NCBI GenBank assembly: GCA_965153355.1 | Contig: OZ231126.1 | Coordinates: 49,662,001-49,726,000 of the forward strand | Reading direction: 5' to 3' | Source: Flaccisagitta enflata | Taxonomy: Eukaryota | Length of the DNA: 64,000 bases | Shown here: one piece after another, positions 1 through 13,237 of the stretch | How positions within the stretch are numbered: the first letter of the stretch is position 1 | How the letters are laid out: every line of letters begins with the position of its first letter | The notes under the pieces: generated by a model | Database searches by the model: none | Told to the model about the DNA's origin: nothing | Seen by the model: only the letters and a program-made list of their open reading frames with translations | Program-made: the position numbers and the translations under genes

Positions 1-18
1 GGGATTTTGTTCCACCTA

Positions 19-143
<125 letters not shown>

Positions 144-228
144 CTGACATAGCAGACTTACCGATTTGGACATACCTGGCTGGTGTCATGCTAAGCCAAC
201 CATGGACGGGGTGAAATTCATCAATTTT

Positions 229-1190
229 AACCTTGGGGAAATAAAAAATGGCGGATTTTTAAAACCTTTCTTCTGAACCTCAACGTAAGAAAAATAGGTT
301 AAAATTGGTGATGCCTGGAAAGCTCTTCGAAAGATCTTTCATTTGAGTTGTGTCTGGAAATTCTAGCTCAAATGGTTTGGAAGCTACAGTGATTTGAATA
401 AGACTACTCATTTTCTGGTCTGCCCGTATCTCAATGGAAAGGAATTGGAAAAAAATTTAAAGTCATAATAAAGATAGAAGACTTAATCCGATTGTCACAA
501 AATTTTAGGTGGTAATTAGGTTGTATGTCATCTCATACCAGTTAAAATTTTGTGTTAATCGGATGATTTTTACTATGGTTTTCATACTTTTTTATTCCAG
601 ATCTTAGAAAAATAGACCAAAATTGACATCCTTTGCTTCAGTTGCATATATTTCTCTACTGTCTTAACAAAACATTTTCTTTGATGATCCAGCCTAAAGA
701 TCTTTCCCAGAGCTTAAAAACCATCATGAATTTGATATGATTTTTATCAAATTTTCTTTGTCATAATGATTTAAAATGAAACAGGTTGTTGTCTCATTAC
801 CTCTGGTTTTTCTTGCAAATTTCCAAATCTTTCTCATGATAAAAAGGATAGAAAAAATTGACCGATTTGGATCATTTTTTAGGAGCTGTTAGATGAAGGT
901 ATGTATTGCTTTCAGTTCAAATTTGATCTAAATCAGAGAAGTTTTACTATGGTTTTTGGATATTCTTTTTTAAGCAATCATTCTTCATATGAGGTCAGAG
1001 CAGAAAAGGGGTAGTCTCATTTAAATAGCTCTAACTTTTAAACGGTTTGAGCCAGAGTTTCCAGACACATCTCAAATGAAAGATCTTTCGAAGAACTTTC
1101 TAAACATCACCAATTTTGATTAGTTTTTCTCAATTTAAGGTAGATAGAATTAGTTTTCAAAATTCCGCCATTTTTTATTTCCCCAAGGTT
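229..1190. mobile_element. Degenerate foldback/MITE-like element with long imperfect inverted arms
   Basis: AACCTTGGGGAAATAAAAAATGGCGGA (~229-255) is the reverse complement of 1164-1190; ~301-390 mirrors ~1030-1118. True termini and TSD not resolved. Confidence 0.65.
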
Positions 1191-1515
1191 ACATGTTTGA
1201 AAATTGAGCAAGACCATACGTCATCATGTAGCTTAGCTATTATTACATACGGATCCGGTTACGAATCGTCATCGCAAGCACCGGTAGTATAATACTGAAA
1301 ACGATTTGTATTTTCATGATGGAGAGTACAGTGCAGAAAGCAAAAAACGAACAATTTTGCCTAAATTTTCGATAACCACTTTGGGCATCATCATCAGAGG
1401 CAGAATGGGAGAAAGAGAGAGAGAGAGGAGAATTTAAAGGGTAAAGAGAGACAATTGGGGATTGGAGAGAGAGGAGAGAAACAGATGGTTTGGTCAAATG
1501 ACCAGAAAGCCCAAG

Positions 1516-2505
1516 AATGAAGTCCATCCCCGGGTTCAATTCACCCGGGAAGAGGAAGAGGACAAGTCCATTGCTTTTCTAGACGTCTACCTAACCCGCC
1601 AAGATAATGGTTCCATCTCCACCCGTGTTTACCGTAAAAGCAGCAATACAAACATTACCATCAAGCCCCAATCTTGCCAAAACCCCCTAACCATCATAGC
1701 CACATTTAAGGGTGAACTTTGCCGTGCCCACAAGCTCTGCTCCTCCCCTGAACAAACCCAAAAAGAAATTAACTTCCTCTTAGATTTATATCAAGACAAT
1801 GGCCATGACAGAGCCAAACTCGCGGCCATTGCTGCCGAATATAAACCCCCATCCACATCTCAGGCCAAGAAAAAAGATCGAACCAAACGCATACAAACCA
1901 GCAGACAAGGCAACAATGAGGAAACCATACCCGAGAATCTGTTTGATGTGCTCCCTTTTAAAGATGATAACTCAACAGACGAGGAATATAAACCATTCGC
2001 ACGCATTCCATTCATCCCAGGAGGCACCTCTTACCGCATTAAACGCGCACTCACTAAAGCAGGGGTCAACACATGCTTCACATCAGGCACCAAACTAAAG
2101 GATATATTATGTAGTAAGAATAAAAGCAAGATTGACCCGTCCAAAAAGCCAGGAATTTACAAACACGTCTGCCCCAAATGCAAGAAAGTTTATATTGGCC
2201 AAACTCGCCGTTGCTGCGAGACCCGGTGGCGAGAGCACCAACGCGCCATTGAGAAAGGTAATTGGTCTCACAGTGGCATAAGCCAACACTACAAGGAGTG
2301 CGACGAGCCATTTGACATTTCCAACTTTGAAGTCGTTCAAACTATGACTGACAAAAATAAGAAAAAATTGGACTACAACCTCAAGGTCGGGGAAGCCCTT
2401 GAGATAAAAAAGGAAAACTGCGGGCCAGGAAGAGGGATGAACGAAGACTGGGGGTCATATGTCAAAACTGACGCATGGAATCCCGTCTTCAACACTATGG
2501 ACTAG
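1516..2505 (+). CDS. Penelope-like RT C-terminus/thumb plus GIY-YIG endonuclease (5'-truncated)
   Basis: NEVHPRVQFTREEE..IAFLDV..VYRK (PLE RT end), then GIYKHVCPKCKKVYIGQT..RWREH..SQH (GIY-YIG). The first ~18 codons of the track ORF come from the inverted pLTR. Confidence 0.92.
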   Translation, partial: NEVHPRVQFTREEEEDKSIAFLDVYLTRQDNGSISTRVYRKSSNTNITIKPQSCQNPLTIIATFKGELCRAHKLCSSPEQTQKEINFLLDLYQDNGHDRAKLAAIAAEYKPPSTSQAKKKDRTKRIQTSRQGNNEETIPENLFDVLPFKDDNSTDEEYKPFARIPFIPGGTSYRIKRALTKAGVNTCFTSGTKLKDILCSKNKSKIDPSKKPGIYKHVCPKCKKVYIGQTRRCCETRWREHQRAIEKGNWSHSGISQHYKECDEPFDISNFEVVQTMTDKNKKKLDYNLKVGEALEIKKENCGPGRGMNEDWGSYVKTDAWNPVFNTMD

Positions 2506-2654
2506 GGCGGTTGGCGTAGCATGGGGGCTGGGGGCCCAGCCCTTCTTGGGCTTTCTGGTCATTTGACCAAACCATCTGTTTCTCTCCTCTCTCTCCAATC
2601 CCCAATTGTCTCTCTTTACCCTTTAAATTCTCCTCTCTCTCTCTCTTTCTCCCA

Positions 2655-2705
2655 TTCTGCCTCTGATGATGATGCCCAAAGTGGTTATCGAAAATTTAGG
2701 CAAAA
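2655..2705 (+). ncRNA. Candidate minimal type I hammerhead ribozyme in the pLTR (mirror copy on the minus strand at ~1355-1405)
   Basis: TGCCT-CTGATGA-[GATGCC..GGTTATC]-GAAA-ATTT-AGGCA: core boxes, stem I TGCCT/AGGCA, short palindromic stem III. Stem II closing pair is imperfect. Confidence 0.6.
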
Positions 2706-4429
2706 TTGTTCGTTTTTTGCTTTCTGCACTGTACTCTCCATCATGAAAATACAAATCGTTTTCAGTACATACGGATCCATACTTGGATTTTCTTAAGTAC
2801 GCTCATTTTTCATGCAAATTAGGCTTAAATAGATTATGTTGGCAATTTTACTACTAGAAAAATTAGCTAAATACAATTAAGAAATCAATATGACAGTGAA
2901 ATTCTTAATGATAACGTCCAAGCAAACATGTGTGATCATGTTTCTGAAATTTTTTTAAATTTTTAAAGTTTTTTAAAAAAATCTCTATAAGTACCACTTC
3001 TGGCTGGATGGGCTGTTGGAAGAAAAAATCATTTCCCCAAGCTCTTTTTTATGCCCGCGACGAGGAATCTTTTAAGGAAGCTTCATGCAAAATTTCAACC
3101 AGATCCGACAATTATTTTAGAAGTTATGCCATTTTTTCATTTTTTCATCTGGTAGGCTGGTTGGTCTGGTTGGACTACTCGACATTCTTTACGTCGCATC
3201 AGAATTTAGGCAAAGGATCCTGTTGGTCCAGGTATCAACCATGCAAAATTTCAACGGGCTAGCTCGAACAGTTACTGAGATATGCCAATTTTGATTTCAA
3301 GAAATTTTACCAAATTAAGAAACAAAAGCATTGCGCATTTGTGTGTGAAGCGCTGTGTGGAAACAAAGAATTAACCACGATGACCCGTCGATGAGCGTAT
3401 CAATTCTGTTCACACTTCAGGACCAACAAAATATGAAATTTCATTGTGGCTAAACGCTTGAGAGTTAAGATTTCAAATTATCAGGGTAGAATCAAAATTT
3501 CACGCTCTTTCACATGGTGTTGTCAGTTTTCATGTGAATTTTGTCACTTTGACACAATAGTGGCATATCTCAAGCGTTAGGTAAGCGTTAGGAAGAAGTT
3601 TGGGGGTGTGCGCGAATTGATACGCTTCAAGAAAAATGCTATTTCTCTGCTTAGGATCAACCCAGTAACATGAAAATGGAGGGGAATGCCCTTCAAGTAG
3701 TTGTCCAACGAATGGCAAAAAAAAAAAATGCTTAATGTTAAAGACAAAGGAGGTTTTAAGAAATAAGTATCATGACATTCAGCCTTGAGAGAAAAAAAGC
3801 AAAAAACCGAGAAGGGTTAAATCTGATTTATTTACCATTTTTTGGTAACTTATCGTTGGCGTAATGAGTTAAATTTTTTTGTGTATGCTGTTGGATTGAT
3901 ACTGGTTGGGGAAAACTCATAATTTCATACAACAAGACATTTTTTGATTGGTCTTGCTTGCTTTTTTCTACTGGAGACAGAATGAAGACATGCCAAAAAT
4001 AGCCCTTTGATTGAATTTTTGGACCCCCTAGGGATAGGGAGGGTCACAAAAAAAGGTTTGAAATTGTGCACTGGGTAGTTATAGATGTATTTGAACCGTT
4101 AAAATCATTTACAATGATGTACCGGAAGCTTGAGCTAACATAGATTGGCAGAAAGTCGGGCCCTCAAGCATGCTGTGGAACCGTGACATCTGCCACTTTC
4201 ATGAATGCGTCCTCGCATCTGTGTAAGAAGGTGCGTCCCTGGGTACTGGGTAGGTTCGTCCGGCCGTCCGTCCGTCCGTAACAAGATAATCTCTTAATTT
4301 GATGGTTTTCCCTCAATTTCTTCATCTCTCTTCCTGATATTATCCTCTATCTAACTCGTCATCCAAGGATCGCACATGGTCAGCGTTACCCGATGCCCTG
4401 CTTGGAGTGATCAAGCGAAGTAGTGGAGT

Positions 4430-4865
4430 GAGAGCAGGACACAGGGGGGAATTTCGAGACGTCCTGAGGCGGATTTGAAGTCGGGATGGCAGAATTTAGT
4501 CCAAAAGAGCAGATGTAAGGTGGGGGGGGGGCAGACTTGAGGCCTAGAGGACAAATTTGAGGGCTAAAGAGTTGATTTGAGGCCTGGAGGGCGGATTTGA
4601 GGTCTGGAGGGCTGATTTGAGGTCTTGAGGGCAGATATGAGGTCTAGAGAGCTGATTTGAGCTCTAAAAGGCTAAACTGAGGTCTGAAAGGGCTAATTTG
4701 AGGGCTCAGAGGGCCAAAATCAGGCCTGAGACTGCAGACTTGAAGCTTCGATGGCCAAGGGGGGGGGGGACGGAAGGATGGAAGGACGGAAGGATGGACG
4801 GACATCTCAAAATTCCCCCCTGTGTCCTACAAGACATCGGCCCTTTGGGGCCGCTGCCCAAAAAG
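4430..4865 (-). mobile_element. HINE-like family 2 copy with ~21-bp internal tandem array, nested in another HINE-like copy (~4203-4900)
   Basis: Ends in GGGGCCGCTGCCCAAAAA; (GGAY)n tract; GATTTGAGGYCTGRAGGGC-type repeats; same family as 57475-58045. Confidence 0.6.
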
Positions 4866-6066
4866 GACGCATGTATTGAACACTCTTGGCCTTGTTTTCT
4901 ACTAAACCACAACAATAGGACCTGTCTGAAAAATCCCCTGCGTCGTCTCTTCTAATTCTATCGTTCGGACAAATGAGAAACAACAAAGACCTCATGAATA
5001 AGTGCCTACATTAATTATTCACGGTTGATTGTGTGGTTTACCGCGACATAACCATGGAATTATGACGGTTTGATAGTTGTAGTTGCGTTGAATAGCGGTG
5101 ACAGAAGAGAGCCCGGCCCGGGTGGTAAAGTAAAGCAATGGAGGTTTATGCCAATTATGAAATAAAGGTGTGGTTGTGTGTTTGTGTGTATATATGTATT
5201 TGTGTAGCGAAATTTCATCCATAATGACATATCAACTATTCTATTTAGTTTGGATAATAACTTATCAACTATTCTATTTAGTTTGGATTTTTGCGACTCA
5301 ATCAGGCGCACATAATTGCATAATTTACAGATATTGCCCTTGTCCACCTCAAGCTAAGTCTCACTGGCTAAATGTTTCGGATTTTAGCGTAGATAAGTTC
5401 TGTCTCGATCGCATGCATCAACCAAAAATCGCCGCATTTCTATGTTTATTGCGTGTTCTTATTTATGAAATAGGGGAAGTTTTCTGAACTACAATTAGGG
5501 TTTAGATAACAATTAACTCTAGCACAAACAATTAAGCTGAATTCCAATATGATGAATGATTTTCTCCTACGAACAATGGTGAATGAACAACCATACAGTT
5601 GGTCGACAAAACATAATAGATACATATCATACAGTTCACTTTGATCCAACATACTGGTCATAAACAAAATACTGTTTGCAACAATTAGTTATTGAAATTA
5701 CAGCCGGCTGTAATGAACAAAACATTGTTTGAAATAATTCGTTTTTAGAATTACATCCGGCTGTAATGCTTCAATTTTGTATCAAAACAGCTGGTTGATA
5801 TTTCATCCACCAGTTGTTACACACAATATTTTGTTTATTATCAGTAAATTGGATTAAAGCTAATAGTATGATATATACAATGTTTTGTCCATAGACTGCA
5901 TAGTTACTTCGCAGTTGAATCTAAAATACAGTTGCGGGTAATAATGTACTAATGTTGTTCAACTTTCACATACAGACGTAAGATTTACAGTAATCGTCTC
6001 TAAATATTGTCAGTAAGAATGAAAGACTCTGAGAGAAACAAATGTCGATGAATCTCTCATCAAACT

Positions 6067-7780
6067 TTACAGCTGTTCTTGGCCGGTGGCTTCTTTCCCA
6101 GCCGTCATGCATTTGTGACCGTCATATTTCAACGTGGCGTGATTCGCGTATTCTTTACAGTAAAAGCAGCCGCCGGCACATGGACTCTTATTCGTTCCCG
6201 TGACGGTGCAAATCTGGCCGTATTTTTTATATCTCTGCGAATACACGAAATTGTTGGGTTTGTGGCAATTATTCCACTTTTTGTAGCATCTGACGCGCAT
6301 CATCGGACAAGAGAAGAGTGAGATGTCATTGAGCAAATTGATGGAACATTGTTCTATGGAGATTTGTAATGGGGGACAAATGAGTTCCGCTAATTGGGTG
6401 TTGAGGACGCCGTTGACGAGATACTTCTTCCCAACGACGGGACCCTGGCTGACGCTGTGGGAAAAAGAAATGTCCAATTTAGTTGAGAATCTCCAAGTCT
6501 GAATGGTGGAGGCATTTTTAGATGCGTCCACGCATCTCTATAAGAGGCTTTGTCCGTCCGTCCATCCGTCCGAACGGTCCGTTGGTGAGCATGAGTCATA
6601 CATGGTGAAAACTCGAGGAAATCACGCAAAATGATAAGTAATTGCATCATTCCACATGATTGATGCAATATTGCATCATTCTTAACAAGCTAAGGAGCAT
6701 GTGGACGCATCGTTGTACCCCCGGGGTACTTGTTTTTCACGGACGATCAATGATTACACATCATTATATCAGACAGACTTTATGAATTTACATTGAACTG
6801 TCTCAAAAAGGCATGCATTCGACTCAAAGTGGGAACTTTGAAAAGCGTAGGTGATGGGAACCCGAATTTTGGCGCGCTTTCTCAATTCGGAATATTATAT
6901 TATTTAATATATAACAAAACAAATGGCCACATGACATTGTCGCAAACCTGTAAACGTCTCCGGCCCCGTAGTGATTGCAAACGGCCTGACCAACGTGCAG
7001 GTCGTTGCCTTTGTAGCAGAATTCCACGCGGTTGACTTGCTGGATCATTTCAGGCTGCTTGTTGACGGTTGGGTTGAAGTAACGCGGAGAGCTGATCGTT
7101 CGTTGCAACGTTAGATTGTGGTATGTGTATTCGCTTTTTGGGGCTCCGAGGGAAGCTAAACCCAAACGGAGACCTGAGAGGCAAAAAATGAAAGCGTTCG
7201 CAAACACTACTCACTAGGCTGTTCTCTTTTTTGTCAAGAGGATGTGTCAGTTCATCCGTTGGAAGGAAGCATTTAAGGCCCCCAAATCAGGCCTTTTAAA
7301 CCTTAAATCGATTGGACTATTTTTGCAGGTTTTATGCCTGTTTTAAGCTTTGCCCAGATATCAATTTACATAATCATTCTTCTTGAAAAATAGTTATAAA
7401 ACCTGTAAAAATAGTCCGATTGCCCGCCAGCGACTACTTATTGGTCGTGTTTTTCATTCATTCATTCATTCATTCATTCATTCATTCATTCATTCATTCA
7501 TTCATTCATTCATTCATTCATCCATTCATTCATTCATTCATTCATTCATTCATTCATTCATTCTTTCATTCATTCATTCATTCATCCATTTATTCATCAT
7601 TCATTCATTAATTTACTTACTGCCACATTCGAACCCGGAGCACCAATTTTTGACAGTGAACAAGGATCTCTTTGAAACATGATGCGTCTGTGCCGTTTGT
7701 GATTCTGATTCAAGCTTGAATGCATGGTTTTGTTTCATAAAAGCAGTCATTGACAGAATGAGGAGAAAGTACACAGTCAT
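6067..7780 (-). CDS. Host gene: secreted cysteine-rich protein, SRCR-like domain; exons 7621-7780, 6948-7173, 6067-6454 (257 aa)
   Basis: Signal-peptide-like MTVYFLLILSMTAF; donors A|GTAAGT and AG|GTTTGC; acceptors tgcctctcag and tttttcccacag; phases 1 and 2 match; 160+226+388=774 nt open to TAA. Confidence 0.85.
6515..6737 (+). mobile_element. DINE-1/HINE-like element in intron 2 of the host gene
   Basis: T-run, AGATGCGTCCACGCATCT 5' hairpin, (GTCC)n, 3' subTIR GGACGCATC, hairpin GTACCCCCGGGGTAC, TTGTTTT. Confidence 0.7.
7453..7609. repeat. (TTCA)n microsatellite in intron 1
   Basis: Direct tetranucleotide run. Confidence 0.97.
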
Positions 7781-8851
7781 CTTTTTTTTTCTTCGAAAGG
7801 ATTGGATCTTTTGCTTTGTATGGAATGCTTTGTATCCAATGCCTTTTAAAAAAGGTTGCAGCCTGCAGATCGCAGCTAGCAGATCACTTGGTGAATACAA
7901 GGTGATCGACCCCCTTGTGAGTTCTATTTGAATTGTATTTTTCTTTAGTATTCTTTTTATGTCAAAAGATTCATATAATCATGTTCCTTCCCAGTTTCAT
8001 AATGATTTTTTTTTGTCCTGAATATCGGTTTATCAGTTTTTTATATGCCGGGATTTGAATTATAATTTATCGCAAGATATACAATTCACCTTCGTAATTT
8101 GACTCTTGCAAAAAAGTGTCACAGCCTCCTTATCGTAAGTCTTTTCATATATTTAAAGATATTCCAATCGAGCCAATTCAATTGGGATTTTTGATAAGTC
8201 ATGTCACTTGTGTCACAAGTCGAGAAGAATCGTTTGGTATGACTCGTTCACTGACACTCCCTAAGAGCATCAACGCATATATCTCCGACTCTGTTAGACT
8301 ATATACTGGCTTTAAACCTTTCATTTACTGCACATCAAAAGCATTAAAGGTATTGGTAGAGGGCTTATTTTCAGGCCACGTGCACCCGACTCGGTATGTT
8401 GCTGAGTCGGTCAGTCCACCCATCGGTCAGTCTGTCATCATTGAATTGCATGGTAGTGTAACGCGGCACAGTCTCTCGATCAGTCTGTCCGTCTTTACCT
8501 GTCTTTCTGGCCTTGGTAAATCTGTGTCCCCACCCAACCGTTGTTTATATCATAGTTCTGCGGACGGCGCGACAGATAAAACGTATGACATGAGGACCTT
8601 GCTTCCCTCACAGTAATTGGGCAATTCCTCTGATACCGATAAATAAGCAAACTCTTAAGTCTAAAAATAGTGGTTTACCGACAATGATTTTACTATTTAT
8701 CATATCTATCAAAAGCATTTTCGTAACAAATCACAATATACTTCGAGAAGCCCGTGAAATTCGAGGGATTCGATAGTCATAGGTGAAAACCAGAGGATAC
8801 TGCCACAGTACCGGAAAAATAATCCCGAAATGAGATTTTTTTTTTTTAAAT

Positions 8852-8853
<2 letters not shown>

Positions 8854-8934
<81 letters not shown>

Positions 8935-8955
8935 TGTGCGCGTGTGTGTGTGTGT
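8854..8955. repeat. (GT)n microsatellite
   Basis: Direct run. Confidence 0.97.
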
Positions 8956-9584
8956 GGTTAAGGATAGAGGGGTGTCCCACCCCGGGTGGGAGGGTTTTAC
9001 GCCGCTGACCACTTCACAAGAGACTGCAAGAGGGAAAGGGTGGATTTCCTAAATTTAAACCAATCAACTGTTGATTTTTAGTATATCGCAAAAGAAGCGA
9101 CTGCCAATTCTTTTACTCATTATCAACTTGCTGGATAAATGTTCACTTTACTTTTATTTTCTGCTTTGGTCTTTAAGGAATCAATAATAATTTCTGTATC
9201 CATCGATGCTCTTGTATTTATCACGCATGTCCAATGATTTAACAAAAAAAAATTATTCTTAGAATTTGTTCCTTTAATGAAATCTTCTTGTCCGGTGCAC
9301 AGTAATCATCTTAGGAATTAGGTCTTTTAATCAATATGTATTGCACCAAAGGTTGATAGAGAAACTTCATGCCTAGCAGTAGAACTCATTGAGAAGTATG
9401 ATGTATGATGTACGATCACGACGGCACAACGCTGGATATATCTGCCCCCAGACTATGTTCAGTCTTCATGCAAAACCGTTTTGTTCGGCCCGATCCTCGT
9501 GTCATCCTCTTGATGTCGTTAATATGTTTGTCGTCAACCCACCAAAGATTCTTTATACTCTTACTTTTCTTCTCCCCCATTAAG

Positions 9585-9672
9585 TCAAGGCGCGCGCGCG
9601 CGACAATTTCGTATTGGTTGACACTCTCTCTGATTGGCTGATAACGAGAAACGGCACCTTCTGATTGGTCTT
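9585..9672. promoter_or_regulatory. Candidate promoter: (CG)n tract plus three inverted CCAAT boxes
   Basis: GCGCGCGCGCGC at ~9590; ATTGG at 9613, 9633 and 9664 (two in a CTGATTGG context). Confidence 0.4.
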
Positions 9673-10479
9673 TTCCCATATATTTTCTCTCACTCTTTCC
9701 TTTTTTTTCCCTCCTTTTTTTCTACTAGTCTATTTTTTTTCTTCTTTACTTCCGTTTTCTCATTTCTTCCTTTGTCGTTCCTCCTCTTACTTCACCTCTT
9801 CTTCTCCATCTTCTTCCTCTTCTTTTTCCTCCTCTTCCTCCTCCTTTCCTCTTCCCCCTCCCGGTTTCCATCCTCTCGCTACCATGGCGACGGTCGATAA
9901 CGTGAAAATCTCCTCACGTCTCCAAGAGAGAAAAGGAAAGGAAGAAATCAAGAAAAGGAAAGGAATTATGTGACGAATTTCGACGATAACGACTTGTTTC
10001 CTTTCCTCCCATTCTTTTCTCATTTGCTCCCTTTTTTTTTCTTTTTTCTTTCTTTTCCCTTCATCAATCTGTCCAATAGTCTAATTGTGTTGGTCTGATT
10101 GAACTGAGGCCTCTCCCTCTATGGCCACTTTTTGAATTTTGCCCGTGAAGTATTGCCTTATCTGTCTGACGGTCTGTCTGTGTATCTCTCTGCCTCTCGT
10201 TTCGTCTGAAAAAATCTATGTCTGTCAGTCTGTGTGGTTGTCTTTCTGCCTGTCGGTGTGTCGGTCTTTAATTCTGTTTGTTTGTCTTTCTGTCTCTCTG
10301 TCTGTCAGTTTTCTTGTTTTTCTTTCTATCAAATCTGTGAGTCTACCGTTTGGAACTTATATCATCGCTTGACATGCGACTTTGTTTCTGTCTGTCTGCG
10401 TGCCTGTCTGTCTGTCCACGTGAATCTTTGTCCTATCCATTCTGCGTTTTTCCCTTTAAGGAAATTGCTTGTTCGTTAG

Positions 10480-11425
<946 letters not shown>

Positions 11426-12068
11426 ACCAGCTTATCCGTAGCAAAGAGCATCGGCACTGGATGTTAGCTTGTCACGTTCTTATCGGTCATCGAACGCCTT
11501 TTCGGATTCGTAAACAAATTCTTTCCGCCTGAATTATTTACCAATTTGTGTTCGTGAAAATGCCTTTCATGATCAAAAGCATGCGGATTTCTGACTTGAC
11601 AAGAAGTTAACATGGACAGCTTGGACATGTTATAATTGTTTAAGTATGTAAGCACTGGTTTCATACTTTCGCTGGAATCACAAAATCATTTTAAAAAAAT
11701 CTCGCGTTCGCCGTCAGAAGAATTACACCATTTGACATAAATATGCTCCCTTTATGACAAATCTTTATTTTCAAATTTTTTTAACATTCGCGGACACTTT
11801 TAGATTTCTAGTCTCGCACAAATCCTTTCAAAGGAATCTCGATCTCGCAACTTCAACCATGTAGACCCGTAAAGAATTGTGACTTGCGTTTATGGCATAC
11901 AAAAAAGAAACTACTATGGTTTGAGCAATCACGCATTTACGCGGTATGCGGCATTTATGCGTCAAAGACAAATGAATTGTTCAATCTAACCTAAACAATT
12001 GCGCACGCGCAGATGCGTCATAGGACTTACAAACCTCCCGTATAACCTTCCTTACTTTTCAACAACGC

Positions 12069-12230
<162 letters not shown>

Positions 12231-12249
12231 TTTCCTCTCAGTATGTCAC

Positions 12250-12875
12250 TTTTTAGGTGCGGCAAAGCACCTCTATAACTAGCTATGTCCGTTGGTCGGT
12301 CGGTTAGTTGGTCGGGTAACGCATTCGTTCGACGATCCACACGTCGCACGGTATTGGCCTACTTGGCCTTGGCTCTCCATGTTTAATGAGCCGCTTTTAT
12401 TTTTTTCTTGCTGAACAGTCAATAAATCGGCCTTTCAGCGTTTGACAGTTTCTTCGCAACTCTAGAAGAGGCCTTGTCCGTCCGCCGGTCAGTTGATCCG
12501 TTGGTCCTTCGCGGGTCATCGAGTTGAAAAGTGGGAAAGTGGTTTTAGATACTCTTTGCGCATGCTGGAATGTTGGGGGTGGGTTGGGGTTCGGATGGGA
12601 GTTGGATGCCTCTACCCACCCTGCCACAACAATGCTGTGACCTCGCGTCACTTGTCCGTGTAATAACTAATCACAGCCACTGCGATTTCATTACTCCTGC
12701 TTTACTTACTGTAATGACATGAAACAAGGCCGGATACACGGCAATATAGTTAAGTCGCGGACGGTTGGGCAGGAGCAGTAGTGCGAAAACCGCTCGGAAT
12801 TAAAAAAATGTGACCTACCGACTTTCCTACCGACCGACACGGCAAGTTCTAGAGTCGCGTGTCCGCGACTAAAAA
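12250..12875. mobile_element. Cluster of three short HINE-like elements (~12250-12371 +, ~12450-12655 +, 12722-12875 -)
   Basis: Where preserved, each has a T-run plus 5' hairpin, a GTCG/GTCC microsatellite and a 3' hairpin followed by TTG(T). Confidence 0.65.
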
Positions 12876-12880
12876 CGTGG

Positions 12881-12940
<60 letters not shown>

Positions 12941-13237
12941 ACAACCTACCGTGCATATTGAAGAGACCTTAAAAACTTAAAAAGTAGCTGCTGAACGATG
13001 TGTGCTCAAGCCTTGCAAAAATCAGTTTTCATTTCTATTCTTTTAGATTCTGAAGTTCATCCAATACCACTGACTTCTCTCTCAGTTCATTGCATATATG
13101 CTACTAAACACGCGCCATATCTTTGCCATAAATTGCGCACTGTGGGCCGGTGTAGAGTGATTTGCCAAACCAGAAAGCCAACGGCTCACTCTTTTGACAG
13201 ATAATGAGCGATATCAGCTACCGCGCTGCACGTGCAA

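Larger units (their letters stand above)
1257..2765 (+). mobile_element. 5'-truncated Penelope-like retroelement with inverted 5' pLTR
   Basis: 1293-1517 is the reverse complement of 2543-2767; direct repeat TACATACGGATCC at 1244-1256 and 2766-2778 (TSD); internal RT/GIY-YIG ORF. Confidence 0.93.

Noticed and set aside
1243-1539. Twin ORFs 1243-1539(-) and 2521-2796(+) with the same peptide
   Set aside because: By-product of the inverted pLTR; no evidence of coding.
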